A DNA stretch of 64,000 bases from an uncultured Actinomycetes bacterium (GTDB lineage: Bacteria; Actinomycetota; Thermoleophilia; Gaiellales; Gaiellaceae), in the NCBI GenBank assembly GCA_963786755.1, contig CAWBAC010000009.1:19402-83401 (forward strand). Direction: 5' to 3'. Shown here in pieces: positions 40,796 through 49,294 of this stretch (position 1 is its first letter; each line of letters starts with the position of its first letter). The notes below the pieces were generated by a model. It saw only the letters and a program-made list of their open reading frames with translations, had not been told where the DNA came from and ran no database searches. The translations under genes were made by a program, and so were the position numbers.

Positions 40796-40816
40796 CGCAA
40801 GAACAACGCAAGAACG
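40796..40816 (+). repeat. Arm-like repeat CGCAAGAACAACGCAAGAACG, left copy
   Basis: Identical to 51000-51020. Internally it is two GCAAGAAC units 11 nt apart. It lies 68 nt from the tRNA end. Confidence 0.7.
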
Positions 40817-40870
40817 TCACGACTGCCCCCCGAAGACTCGATCCGCGCGAGGAAGGGAGGGAGGTGAGAG

Positions 40871-41323
40871 ATGAAAGGAAGACACCACCCGACGGCGTGG
40901 CCCTGCACCGCCTCGATGCTCGTGCGGCGGGCGGGCCTGCCCTGGACGACCCACTCGATCCACGGGATCGTCCGGCCCTGGCTGCAGAAGATCGACTGCC
41001 CGCGGAGCACGCGGTGGCCGCGCCAGTCGTTTTTCCCTGCCTTGACCAGAAAAAAAGCTGAAGGTGTGACCGAGGCTGTTGAGGCGTACCTTGCCGGGAT
41101 TTCGCCTGATGGGGCGCAAAGGGTGTTAGCCGCGGTGGCAAGGTTGCTCGCCATCACGTTGGAGGAGGCGCCGGGGTATGCGCGGGCGAGGTTGGCGGCC
41201 GAGCTTCGCGGTGTGCTCGCCGAGTTGGGGTCACAGGTTCACTGGGAGAATGAGCTGGCGGAACGGCGGGAACGGCGGGAACAGGATCGGGCCTGGGCGG
41301 CCGCAGACGAATCGCTGATTTAG
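40871..41323 (+). CDS. Hypothetical island protein (gene X); N-terminal part doubtful
   Basis: The C-terminal 90 aa look coding: KKAEGVTEAVEAYLAGISPDGAQRVLAAVARLLAITLEEAPGYARARLAAELRGVLAELGSQVHWENELAERRERREQDRAWAAADESLI. Its last ~100 nt recur as a diverged copy at about 48198-48289 (closest match 41259-41325 vs 48224-48289). Confidence 0.4.
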   Translation: MKGRHHPTAWPCTASMLVRRAGLPWTTHSIHGIVRPWLQKIDCPRSTRWPRQSFFPALTRKKAEGVTEAVEAYLAGISPDGAQRVLAAVARLLAITLEEAPGYARARLAAELRGVLAELGSQVHWENELAERRERREQDRAWAAADESLI

Positions 41324-41577
41324 TCCCGCGGGCTCTTTCCTCTCGCACGAGCGTCCCTTCCCCGGCAAGACCTTTGCCGGGACGAGCGTCTCGGAGTCGC
41401 ACGTCCCCCTTTTTCGCCGTCACGCACCGGGGCGTGAGGCGGCGCCGCAGGCGAAGAGCCGGCCGAGCATTGGGCGTAGCGTTCGGGCAGCCTGCCCAGG
41501 ATCGGGTGGAGCTCGATTGCGTTCGGCGCGACTCCTGTCTCCCCATGCTTGAAATCGAAGTAGCGCATGATTGGCGT

Positions 41578-42759
41578 ATGGCGGGCTTCGAGCGGGAGGA
41601 CGAGCAGCGGCTCCTTCGCCCTCCGCGACTCCGCACGCTCGAGCAAGGAGACGGACGGCACGCAACCTACCTCGAGCTGTTCTTTGACCTCGTCTTCGTG
41701 GTCGCGATCGCGCAGCTTTCGCACGAGCTCGTCCTCGACCACAGCCTCGGCGGCTTCGCCACCTTCGCCGCTCTGTATCTGCCCGTGTTCATCGCCTGGC
41801 AGGGCTTCAGCTCCTATGCCGACCGTTTCGACACGGATGACGTCGTGTTCCGAGGGGTGATGTTCCTGGCGATGCTCGCGATCGCGGCGCTCGCGATTCA
41901 GATCCCCGACGTCTCGCACGGCGAGAGCACGGGCTTCGTCATCGCCTACGTGATGCTGCGGTCACTCTTGGTCGCGCTCTACGTTCGCTCGTACATCCAC
42001 GTCCCCGAGGCGCGGCCGTTGATCAGCCGCTATGCGGGGCAGTACTCAATCGCGATTGGGATCTGGATGGGGTCCCTCGCGTTCCCCTCCCCCTTTCGCT
42101 ACGTCCTCTGGGGCGTTGCCGTCGCCTGGGAGTTGAGCATCCCGCCGCTGGCGCGCAGGCTGTGGGTGGCGATACCGCTTTCCGCGAGTCACGCGCCCGA
42201 GCGCCTCGCGCTGTTCACGCTCATCGTCCTGGGCGAGACGATCGTCGTCGCCGCCTTGGGAACGTCCGGCTCGGAGTGGGCGCTCTCGGCGGTCGTGGTC
42301 GCGGCGCTCGGATTCCTGGTCGCCGCGGCCATCTGGTGGACTTATTTCGGAGGTGGGGGCGAGGTCACGTTGAGGCCCGATCCGGCGGCGGTCGCCGTCT
42401 TCGTGTACGCGCACATCCCGTTGCTCGCGGCGTTGACGGCGGTGAGTGCGGGAATCTCCCTCGCGATCGAGCAGTCGTCGGCGTCGCAACTGGACGCTGG
42501 AGCTCGCGGGGCGCTCGCAGGGGGAGCCGCCCTCTACCTGGCGTTCGTGACGGCCGCACACGCGTCGAGCGCCCAAGGTGTGCCTGCGGGTGAGCTGCGA
42601 GCACGGATCGGAGCAGCCCTGGCGCTCGTCGCCCTGGCGCTCCTCGGGGGCGCGCTCGACCCGGTGCTCTTCATGGTCGCTGCGGCAAGCGTTCTCGCCG
42701 GCGTGGTCATCCTCAAGCTGTGGAAGACACAACGGCGGCTCCGGTCGAGCGCAGCCTGA
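41578..42759 (+). CDS. Low-temperature-requirement protein A (LtrA)-family membrane protein
   Basis: Intact 393 aa: ATYLELFFDLVFVVAIAQLSHEL..LYLPVFIAWQGFSSYADRFDTDD..ERLALFTLIVLGE. Confidence 0.75.
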   Translation: MAGFEREDEQRLLRPPRLRTLEQGDGRHATYLELFFDLVFVVAIAQLSHELVLDHSLGGFATFAALYLPVFIAWQGFSSYADRFDTDDVVFRGVMFLAMLAIAALAIQIPDVSHGESTGFVIAYVMLRSLLVALYVRSYIHVPEARPLISRYAGQYSIAIGIWMGSLAFPSPFRYVLWGVAVAWELSIPPLARRLWVAIPLSASHAPERLALFTLIVLGETIVVAALGTSGSEWALSAVVVAALGFLVAAAIWWTYFGGGGEVTLRPDPAAVAVFVYAHIPLLAALTAVSAGISLAIEQSSASQLDAGARGALAGGAALYLAFVTAAHASSAQGVPAGELRARIGAALALVALALLGGALDPVLFMVAAASVLAGVVILKLWKTQRRLRSSAA

Positions 42760-43261
42760 ACGCGCGGCCGGCCACTGGAAGGTGCGGAAGATCAGCCAGT
42801 CGCACAAGATCGCCGGCCTGGTGGCCGCCGTGATCGCCTACAGCCGGGCGGCGCGGCAGCCGGCGAGGGCGAAAGCCGTCTTCGCCGTTGCCTAGGTCGA
42901 TTCGGCAACGGTGAGCAAAGGCGGCCGAAGTGGACGGGTAGGAGGTAAGGCGGCCCCGCCCAAATCATCCACGCTACTGGGCGGGGAAGGGATACAGCGT
43001 TCGCTGCTACGCAGGGATGATGATCGTGATGTAACGCGAGATGTGGCGCCCGATTCCTGGTGGTAGACCACGGCGTGTGGCGGGGAGGCGCCGCCCCCGT
43101 GGCCGCCCGACTCAACCTGGGCGATGATCTCGTCGATCAGGTTGTCGGTCGGGTCGTCGGTGTCCGATCGCGAAGATGAGTTCATTGGGGGCGGGCGCTT
43201 CTTCCTGCCTGATTACCTCGGTGAGAAAGCCCTCCGAGTCGGCGGCGAACCGCTGCTTTTC

Positions 43262-43372
43262 CTATTCAGTGAGATGAAGTTCGTAGACGCCGAATTTCAG
43301 TTCCCGATCGGCCACACGCTTGAGTCGCTCGCGCTCTGCCTCGTAGGCCATCAGCTTCTCTCCCTTCCGCAT
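43262..43372 (-). CDS. Possible small ORF (36 aa) ending at an in-frame TAG that is followed by further open frame
   Basis: MRKGEKLMAYEAERERLKRVADRELKFGVYELHLTE-TAG-EKQRFAADSEGFLTEVIRQEEAPAPNE.. No recognisable family. Confidence 0.25.
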   Translation of the reverse strand: MRKGEKLMAYEAERERLKRVADRELKFGVYELHLTE

Positions 43373-43575
43373 TGGAGTCTGACCCAGGGGAAGACTGTCC
43401 CATGGCCGGCGGTGCCACGTCAACCCGTTCGGGTGCCATGCCCCGGACAAAAACGTCCACACTACTCAGGGACAGGGGCAAACCCGCCTGAGCTAGCAGG
43501 CGAGGGCGCAGCCCGAAGGCCCGGAACGCTGCCCGCGCCCTCGGGCGACTCTACGCCTTTGGGGCGCTCTCTGGG

Positions 43576-43764
43576 CTAGTGGTGCCTCGGGACTAGGAGG
43601 GTTTGGCGAAGAGCTCTGCCGAACCGCCCCGATTCCGCTGAGTGACGCATCCAGATGGCGACGAGCGGGACGATGAGTAGCCCGCCGAGCGGCCTTCCAG
43701 TGAGTAGCAGCCACACAACGACGGCCATTACGGCGACTGTGAACACAATGCGCAGACCAAGCAT
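43576..43764 (-). CDS. Small two-TM membrane protein
   Basis: MLGLRIVFTVAVMAVVVWLLLTGRPLGGLLIVPLVAIWMRH.. It sits in an AT-richer island segment. Confidence 0.35.
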   Translation of the reverse strand: MLGLRIVFTVAVMAVVVWLLLTGRPLGGLLIVPLVAIWMRHSAESGRFGRALRQTLLVPRHH

Positions 43765-44345
43765 TACTCAGAGTCTACGTCAGGTTCTACCAGAGTCTTC
43801 TCACGTTTCAGCCGGCGCCCGCTGGGCTAGTTCGGAGCGTGCTCGAACGCGAGCGCCGTGACCGAGAAAAGCGCCGCCATCTCCGGCTCGTCCTGCTCGG
43901 ACCGGGCTAGAAGAGTCATCTAGCGCCGGCCGCTTGGCCGGTCTAGGGTGGGCGGTGAGGCCGGGCCGGAGAACCCTCAGAGGCTCCTCCGCGACTAGGC
44001 CACCTTCCTTCTAGAAGACGCGGGGACGGGCTATCGGGGCGTCCGACGACCCGTCCCCGCGTTCTGTCCGTCCGCGTGCGGACGCCACATGGCCCGCCCG
44101 GACGAGCCTCGGTATCGAAGCAACGAGCTTTAGACGCCGTTCCGGACAGTCCGCCTAGGCCGAAGTGGGCCTCATCCTGCGGCGGCGTCACATGAAAACG
44201 CGATGTGCCTTCGGCCGCTGCGCGCTGTCCCGCTTCGGGGGGAAAGGGCGAGTGAGAGGCGTCTCGCGGGCAGGGCACCGCAAGAAAAAAGCCGCCCCCG
44301 AGCACCTCGTAGGCGGGTAGACACCTCCTACCAAGCGGGTGGACA

Positions 44346-45014
44346 ATGCGTGCCATGCATCGCCACCGCGACCTCGAGGTTCCCACGACGCTCGCCGAAG
44401 CGTGCCAGCCAAGTCGCACGGGGCTTGTGTTGTACGACCTGCAGGAAGGGATTCTCCGCCAGATCGTAGAAGGCGACCGGGTTCTCGCGCGCGCCGCAGC
44501 GCTACTTCAGGCCGCGCGGGAAGCGGAGGTGCGCGTCGTCTTTGTCCGGCATGTGACTCTGCCGGTAGAGCTCATGGGCATGGCACAGATGCGCCTCTGG
44601 CTGTCCTGGCAGCGGGCGTCCAGTCCGAACGAGGTAGTCTCCCCCTTTCCCCCTGACGCGCCGCAGAGCCAGATCGTCCGCGAGGTCGCCCCGGGCCCTG
44701 GCGAGGCCGTGTTCGACAAACTGGCAATGTCTGCCTTCGAGGGCACACCCCTGGCCTACGTCCTCCGCGACTGCGGCCTTACCACCGTCGTGCTTGCTGG
44801 GGTGGCCCTGGAGATCGGGATCGAGCCGACCGCACGGCACGCCGCCGACCTCGGCTTCCTTCCGGTCGTGGCCACAGACGCCTGCGGCGCGGGCGACGCG
44901 GACGCGGGACTGCGCACGCTCGATGCTCTTCGGTTCGCTGGCGACACCCTGTTCTGCGAGGTGCTCGAGCTCCACGAGATCTGGCAGGGAACGATCCCCG
45001 CAGGCGACCGCTAA
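44346..45014 (+). CDS. Isochorismatase-family cysteine hydrolase
   Basis: Intact. Asp (LVLYDLQ), Lys (FDKLAMSAF) and Cys (VVATDACGA) are in the expected order. VVLAGVALEIGIEPTARHAADLGF. Confidence 0.75.
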   Translation: MRAMHRHRDLEVPTTLAEACQPSRTGLVLYDLQEGILRQIVEGDRVLARAAALLQAAREAEVRVVFVRHVTLPVELMGMAQMRLWLSWQRASSPNEVVSPFPPDAPQSQIVREVAPGPGEAVFDKLAMSAFEGTPLAYVLRDCGLTTVVLAGVALEIGIEPTARHAADLGFLPVVATDACGAGDADAGLRTLDALRFAGDTLFCEVLELHEIWQGTIPAGDR

Positions 45015-45018
45015 CCGC

Positions 45019-45246
45019 TTAAGCCGAACGCGCCCGCCGTCGCGCGCGCGACAATGCCTGCCGGCAACGGTCGCTACAGGTCGAGCGGCCGTGAGGCCCG
45101 CGAACGATCGGGCCGCCGCACCACGCGCACCCGGTAGGCCGCGACCACTCCTCCCGCCGCACCTGGAGCTCGGCCATACGGGCCTGGGCACGCCGCTCAC
45201 CGTGGCAGCGGGCGCAGATGCAGTTGTCGTGGTGGGCAACGAACAC
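45019..45246 (-). CDS. Small Cys-rich zinc-ribbon-like protein
   Basis: HDNCICARCHG..CAWCGGPIVRGPHGRSTCSDRCRQALSRARRR. The CxxCG..CSxxCR pattern is typical of small DNA-binding zinc ribbons in mobile elements. Confidence 0.45.
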   Translation of the reverse strand: MFVAHHDNCICARCHGERRAQARMAELQVRREEWSRPTGCAWCGGPIVRGPHGRSTCSDRCRQALSRARRRARSA

Positions 45247-45665
45247 GACCGGGACTCTACTGCCTCAATCCGGCGCCATCAGGATTCTTGCGCCCGCAAC
45301 CGACTGTCACAGGCGAAGTGTCGGAGAAGACGGACGAGCATGCTCGGAGCGGCTCCCACCTCAGCATAAAAACCGACCCTTGCATCATTTAGCCAGCGGG
45401 TTAGCAGCGCACTCGCAGATCACGGGATATACCGTTGCCCGCGTTCGATGAGGACAATGGTTCCGTCCGCCTTGTGCACCTCGCAGGGGCCGTCCAGGCG
45501 GATAGCAACAGCGCCTTCCCATACCTTCGGATAACGGGAGGAACCCCGGCGCACGTGGGGCGGGGGCGCAGGCAGGGCGGGCTCAGCGTCGAGCTCGACG
45601 GACGTGGCGCGGGCCTGTTGCTCGAGCAGTCTCGCCCTCCTCGAGTTGCAGGAGCGGCGTGATCC

Positions 45666-46289
45666 TTAGACGGTGCGGGGTCGCCATGGCTCGCGCTCGT
45701 GCGTGAGCCAGACGAGCTCGGGGTCGAGCGCAAGGACCCGCTGCCGGCCTTCGGTGGGCGGCTCGTCGAACTCGCCGAACCACACCGCCACGTCGCCGCC
45801 GACGATGACCGGGCGCCCGCCAGTCTTGACGACGACCATCTGCATGCCGGGTGTGTGGCCCGGCGCCGGGACGAGTCGGAGCCCGGGCAGCAGCTCGTGC
45901 TCGCCGTCGACCGGCACGTACTGCACGCCGGGCGCCTCGACCCACTCGCGAATGGTGTAGTCGTCCTTGCTGCGCGCGTCGTCGAGCTCCCGACGCTGGA
46001 CGTAGATCGGCTTGCCGGCGAAGAGGTGGTTGCCGCCGCAGTGGTCGGCGTGCAGGTGTGTGTTGACGACGATGTCGATGCCGGCGAGATCGAAGTCCTG
46101 CTCGCTCAGCGGCTGGAGGCGGGGATCCATGTCGGCCATCGCCGGGTGCAGCTCCGTCATGCCGGTGTCGACCAGCACGCGCGCATCGGGATGGTCGATG
46201 ACGTGCACGTAGACCGGCATCCGCTCGCCCTCGACGGAAAGGTCGGCAACGAAGACTGGCGTGATGGTGATCGAGGCGGGGGCGTTCAT
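45666..46289 (-). CDS. MBL-fold metallo-hydrolase (lactonase-like)
   Basis: Intact 207 aa: VNTHLHADHCGGNHLF..LVPAPGHTPGMQMVVV. Confidence 0.8.
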   Translation of the reverse strand: MNAPASITITPVFVADLSVEGERMPVYVHVIDHPDARVLVDTGMTELHPAMADMDPRLQPLSEQDFDLAGIDIVVNTHLHADHCGGNHLFAGKPIYVQRRELDDARSKDDYTIREWVEAPGVQYVPVDGEHELLPGLRLVPAPGHTPGMQMVVVKTGGRPVIVGGDVAVWFGEFDEPPTEGRQRVLALDPELVWLTHEREPWRPRTV

Positions 46290-46429
46290 GGTGTACCGAC
46301 CGCCACGAACGCCTCGACTTGCTTCTCCCCAGCATCCATTCCGGTCATCTCATGACTCCTTGTCCGACTGTCGCTCCGGCCGTATCGCCGTAGAGACTGA
46401 CAAACCACCGAGAACTCATCGGCGCGGCC

Positions 46430-46462
46430 GAGTGTGTTGTGGCCTATGTGATCCACGCTACT
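46430..46462 (+). repeat. Diverged repeat GAGTGTGTTNTGGCCTATNTNNTNCACGCTACT, copy c
   Basis: Aligns with 48108-48140. The core TCCACGCTACT also occurs at 42968-42978, and as TCCACACTACT at 43456-43466. Confidence 0.65.
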
Positions 46463-46589
46463 CAGCGCGGCAGGCCCTCCGAGCGATGTCAGGCGAGAGC
46501 ACGCTGGCCCAGGCGACGCCTCCGTGCAGGAGGGTGGTAATGGCAAGATCTCCTGAGGAACGAAGTCCAACGGGTTCTAGGGGAGCGGT

Positions 46590-47324
46590 GTGCTAGCGGT
46601 ACGGCTGCACGATGACGGCTTGAAGGTTGAGGAGATCGAGACGCCGTCGCCGGATCCGGGCGAGGTGCTGGTGCGCGTGCATGCTGCAGCGATTACACGT
46701 GGCGAGCTGGAGTGGCCGGTCGATCGACTGCCGGGGATTCCTTCTTACGAGCTTTCGGGAGTTGTCGTCGGCAGCGGTGACGAGGTATATGCGCTCACGC
46801 CTTTCGATCGCGACGGCGTAGCTGCCGAGTACGCCGTCGTCCCAGCCGATGTGCTTGCACCGAAGCCCTTGCGGCTGAGCCACGTCGAGGCGGCAGCTCT
46901 GCCGATGGGCGGGCTGACCGCCTGGCAAGCACTGTTTGTGCATGGGCGGCTCGCCCGAGGCGAGCGGGTGCTGGTCACGGGCGCCTCGGGCGGGGTTGGG
47001 CACATCGCCGTCCAGCTTGCGCGACATGCCGGCGCAGCGGTCGTGGAGAGCGGTCCGGTCGATCTGGTCTTCGACACTCGTGGCGGCAAGGTCCCCGCTG
47101 GCGAGCGCGTGGTCACGATCGCAGAGGAGATGCCGGGCGCGATCTACTTCATCGTCGAACCCGACCACGAGCAACTGCTGGAGTTGAGAACGCTCGTGGA
47201 CGCAGGCGAGCTTCGCGCGGAGGTCGACTCGGTTTTTCCGCTCACGGAGGCCCGGGCGGCGTTCGAGCGAGTCGCGGGCCGCGGGAAGCGTGGCAAGGTC
47301 GTGCTAGAGGTTGGCACTGACTAG
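46590..47324 (+). CDS. Zinc-type/MDR-family NAD(P)H quinone-oxidoreductase-like protein (short, 244 aa)
   Basis: GEVLVRVHAAAITRGELEW..VLVTGASGGVGHIAVQLARHAGA..GELRAEVDSVFPLTEARAAFERVAGRGKRGKVVL. The segment normally between the GxGxxG strand and the C-terminal part appears shortened. Confidence 0.7.
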   Translation: MLAVRLHDDGLKVEEIETPSPDPGEVLVRVHAAAITRGELEWPVDRLPGIPSYELSGVVVGSGDEVYALTPFDRDGVAAEYAVVPADVLAPKPLRLSHVEAAALPMGGLTAWQALFVHGRLARGERVLVTGASGGVGHIAVQLARHAGAAVVESGPVDLVFDTRGGKVPAGERVVTIAEEMPGAIYFIVEPDHEQLLELRTLVDAGELRAEVDSVFPLTEARAAFERVAGRGKRGKVVLEVGTD

Positions 47325-47486
47325 TCGGCGGGTGCGGCCGTGACCTCTGCCGTGGATGCATCGAACTCCGAGCGTCCACCGTGACGCCGCAAGGGGCGCA
47401 GTCAGCTGAGGGTGGGTCCGTGGCCAGCGGGAACGACTACACCAAGCGCACATCAAAGGCTTAGCTTGGTGCAAGATTCTCGGAAG

Positions 47487-47930
47487 ATGCGAGAGCTCCG
47501 CCGAGAGATCGAGATCGATGGGTCGCCTGAGCGTGTGTGGGCGGCCGTGACCGACTTCGCCGCCTACCCGGAGTGGAATCCGTTCATCCGCTCGATTAGC
47601 GGCGAGCTCCATGAGGGCGCGAAGCTCAAGGTACGAATCGAGCCGCCAGGAGCGCGGGCGCTGACGTTCAAGCCCACCGTGCGCGCCGTCGAGGCGGGTC
47701 GCGAGCTGCGCTGGCTCGGCCGCCTTCTCCTCCCCCGCGTCTTCGACGGCGAGCACAGCCTCCGGATCGAGCCGCTTGAAGGCGGCCGCAGTCGCTTCGT
47801 CATGTCGGAGCATTTCAGCGGCCTGCTCGTCGGGCTTTTCAAGGGCACGCTCGCAAAGACCGAGATCGGGTTCGAGCAGATGAACGCCGCGCTCAAGGCG
47901 CGGGTCGAGCAGGCGTCAGCCCAGCGCTAG
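47487..47930 (+). CDS. SRPBCC (START/polyketide-cyclase-like) domain protein
   Basis: MRELRREIEIDGSPERVWAAVTDFAAYPEWNPFIRSISGEL..LRWLGRLLLPRVFDGEHSLRIEPLEGGRSRFVMSEHFSG. Confidence 0.75.
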   Translation: MRELRREIEIDGSPERVWAAVTDFAAYPEWNPFIRSISGELHEGAKLKVRIEPPGARALTFKPTVRAVEAGRELRWLGRLLLPRVFDGEHSLRIEPLEGGRSRFVMSEHFSGLLVGLFKGTLAKTEIGFEQMNAALKARVEQASAQR

Positions 47931-48111
47931 CCGCCAGGCGAGCCGGGCACGCCCCTCCGGGCGGGGCTATCGGGAGGCGGGCCCGTGCTCCTCGAACCCG
48001 TTGACCGTACCCCGTCCGACCTCGTTGCCGCGCTCGCGGCACTGGGGGGTGCAGGTACCTGAACGACCACCCCTGGTCGGGTGACATTCCCGCACGCTGA
48101 CCCAGGCGAGT

Positions 48112-48282
48112 GTGTTCTGGCCTATTAGTTTCACGCTACTGGCTGTCTCCGGTCAGAACGTCGCCTCCGTGGTCAGCGGCGTCCTCCTCCTCATCGCACA
48201 GGTTAGCTGGAAGAGCGTGCTGACGGAACGGCGGGAACGGCGGGAACGGGATCGGGCCTGGGCGTCCGTAGACGATCGCTGA
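48112..48282 (+). CDS. Possible small membrane protein, diverged paralog of the 3' part of gene X
   Basis: VFWPISFTLLAVSGQNVASVVSGVLLLIAQVSWKSVLTERRERRERDRAWASVDDR. The C-terminal 25 codons are homologous to the end of ORF 40871..41323. Confidence 0.3.
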   Translation: MFWPISFTLLAVSGQNVASVVSGVLLLIAQVSWKSVLTERRERRERDRAWASVDDR

Positions 48283-48709
48283 TTTAGTCTCAGCGAGCTA
48301 GTTCGGGCCCGGGGTAGCACCCTCCTGACGGGTTACTGTCAAATCCCCGGTCGGGTACCCGAGTGTCCCACCGAGGCGCCGGGGGTGTCTAGACCGTCAG
48401 CGCGGACGAGGGCGGCCGCGATGGCGCGGAGATCCTCGGCCCAGGGAAGCCCGTCCTCATCCCACCACAGATCTATTTCGGCGGCGAGCTCGCGCAGCCG
48501 CTTAGCCGCTTCGCGCGCACTCACCGTGGTAACCGCGATCGTCGTCGAATGCTTGCATCCCCGGACGATGGTCGCTGGCCACTAGCGCTGCAATGCCGCG
48601 ATCGGGGGAGAAGGTCGCACGACGCCACGCCCCCCGGGCACCGCCGGCAGGCCGCCGCGCGGCGTGTTGGGTTTGACACAGGGGCCGTGCGAACGGACAT
48701 TCAAGGGTC

Positions 48710-49294
48710 GTGAGCACACAGACGGCCTCGCCCCCGACCGATGCAGCGCTCCTCGAGCGTGCGCGTGGCGGCGAGGCTGAGGCGTTCGGAACGCTCTTCG
48801 AGCGTCACGCGGCGGCGGTGCTCCGGTTCTGCTTTCGCCGCACGGGTGACGCGGCGCTCGCCGAGGACATCACGTCGATCGTCTTCCTCGAGGCGTGGCG
48901 CCGGCGCGATCGGACGACCTTCTACGGCGAGAGCGCCCGCCCGTGGCTCTTCGGCGTCGCGCTCAACGTGGCTCGCTCGCAGGCGCGCTCGCGCCGCCGC
49001 CACGCCGAGGCGCTCGCGCGCCTGCCGGTGAGTCGGCCGTCGGAGCCCGAGAGCGAGGCGGCGATCGCGCGCCTGGACGCCGAGCGGCGGATGCGGAGCC
49101 TCCTCGCGGTCGTCGCGAAGCTCAACCGCCGGGAGCGCGAAGTGCTCGAGCTCTGCGTCTGGGGCGAGCTATCGCCGGAGGAGGCCGCCGGGGCGCTCGG
49201 CATCTCGCCGGGGGCCGTCCGCTCTCGCCTGTCCCGCGCCCGGCGCCGCATCGCAGCGCTCGAGCCCCTCGTCGAATCGCCCGCCGCAGGATGA
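48710..49294 (+). CDS. ECF-type RNA polymerase sigma factor (island-encoded)
   Basis: Intact: FGTLFERHAAAVLRFCFRRTGDAALAEDITSIVFLEAWRRR..WLFGVALNVARS..REVLELCVWGELSPEEAAGALGISPGAVRSRLSRARRRI. Confidence 0.85.
   Translation: MSTQTASPPTDAALLERARGGEAEAFGTLFERHAAAVLRFCFRRTGDAALAEDITSIVFLEAWRRRDRTTFYGESARPWLFGVALNVARSQARSRRRHAEALARLPVSRPSEPESEAAIARLDAERRMRSLLAVVAKLNRREREVLELCVWGELSPEEAAGALGISPGAVRSRLSRARRRIAALEPLVESPAAG

Noticed and set aside
40729-41141. Reverse-strand ORFs next to tRNA-Gly (40311-41141, 40817-41119), considered as a possible integrase of the island.
   Set aside because: No recombinase motifs are present (no R..HxxR..Y pattern, nothing resembling the remnant at 51236-51425). 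The composition looks like shadow frames.
43770-44340. A roughly 570-bp gene-free, AT-richer stretch upstream of the isochorismatase gene, considered as a possible ncRNA locus.
   Set aside because: I could not identify a conserved fold, promoter/terminator pair or known RNA motif by eye. It is more simply explained as decayed island DNA.
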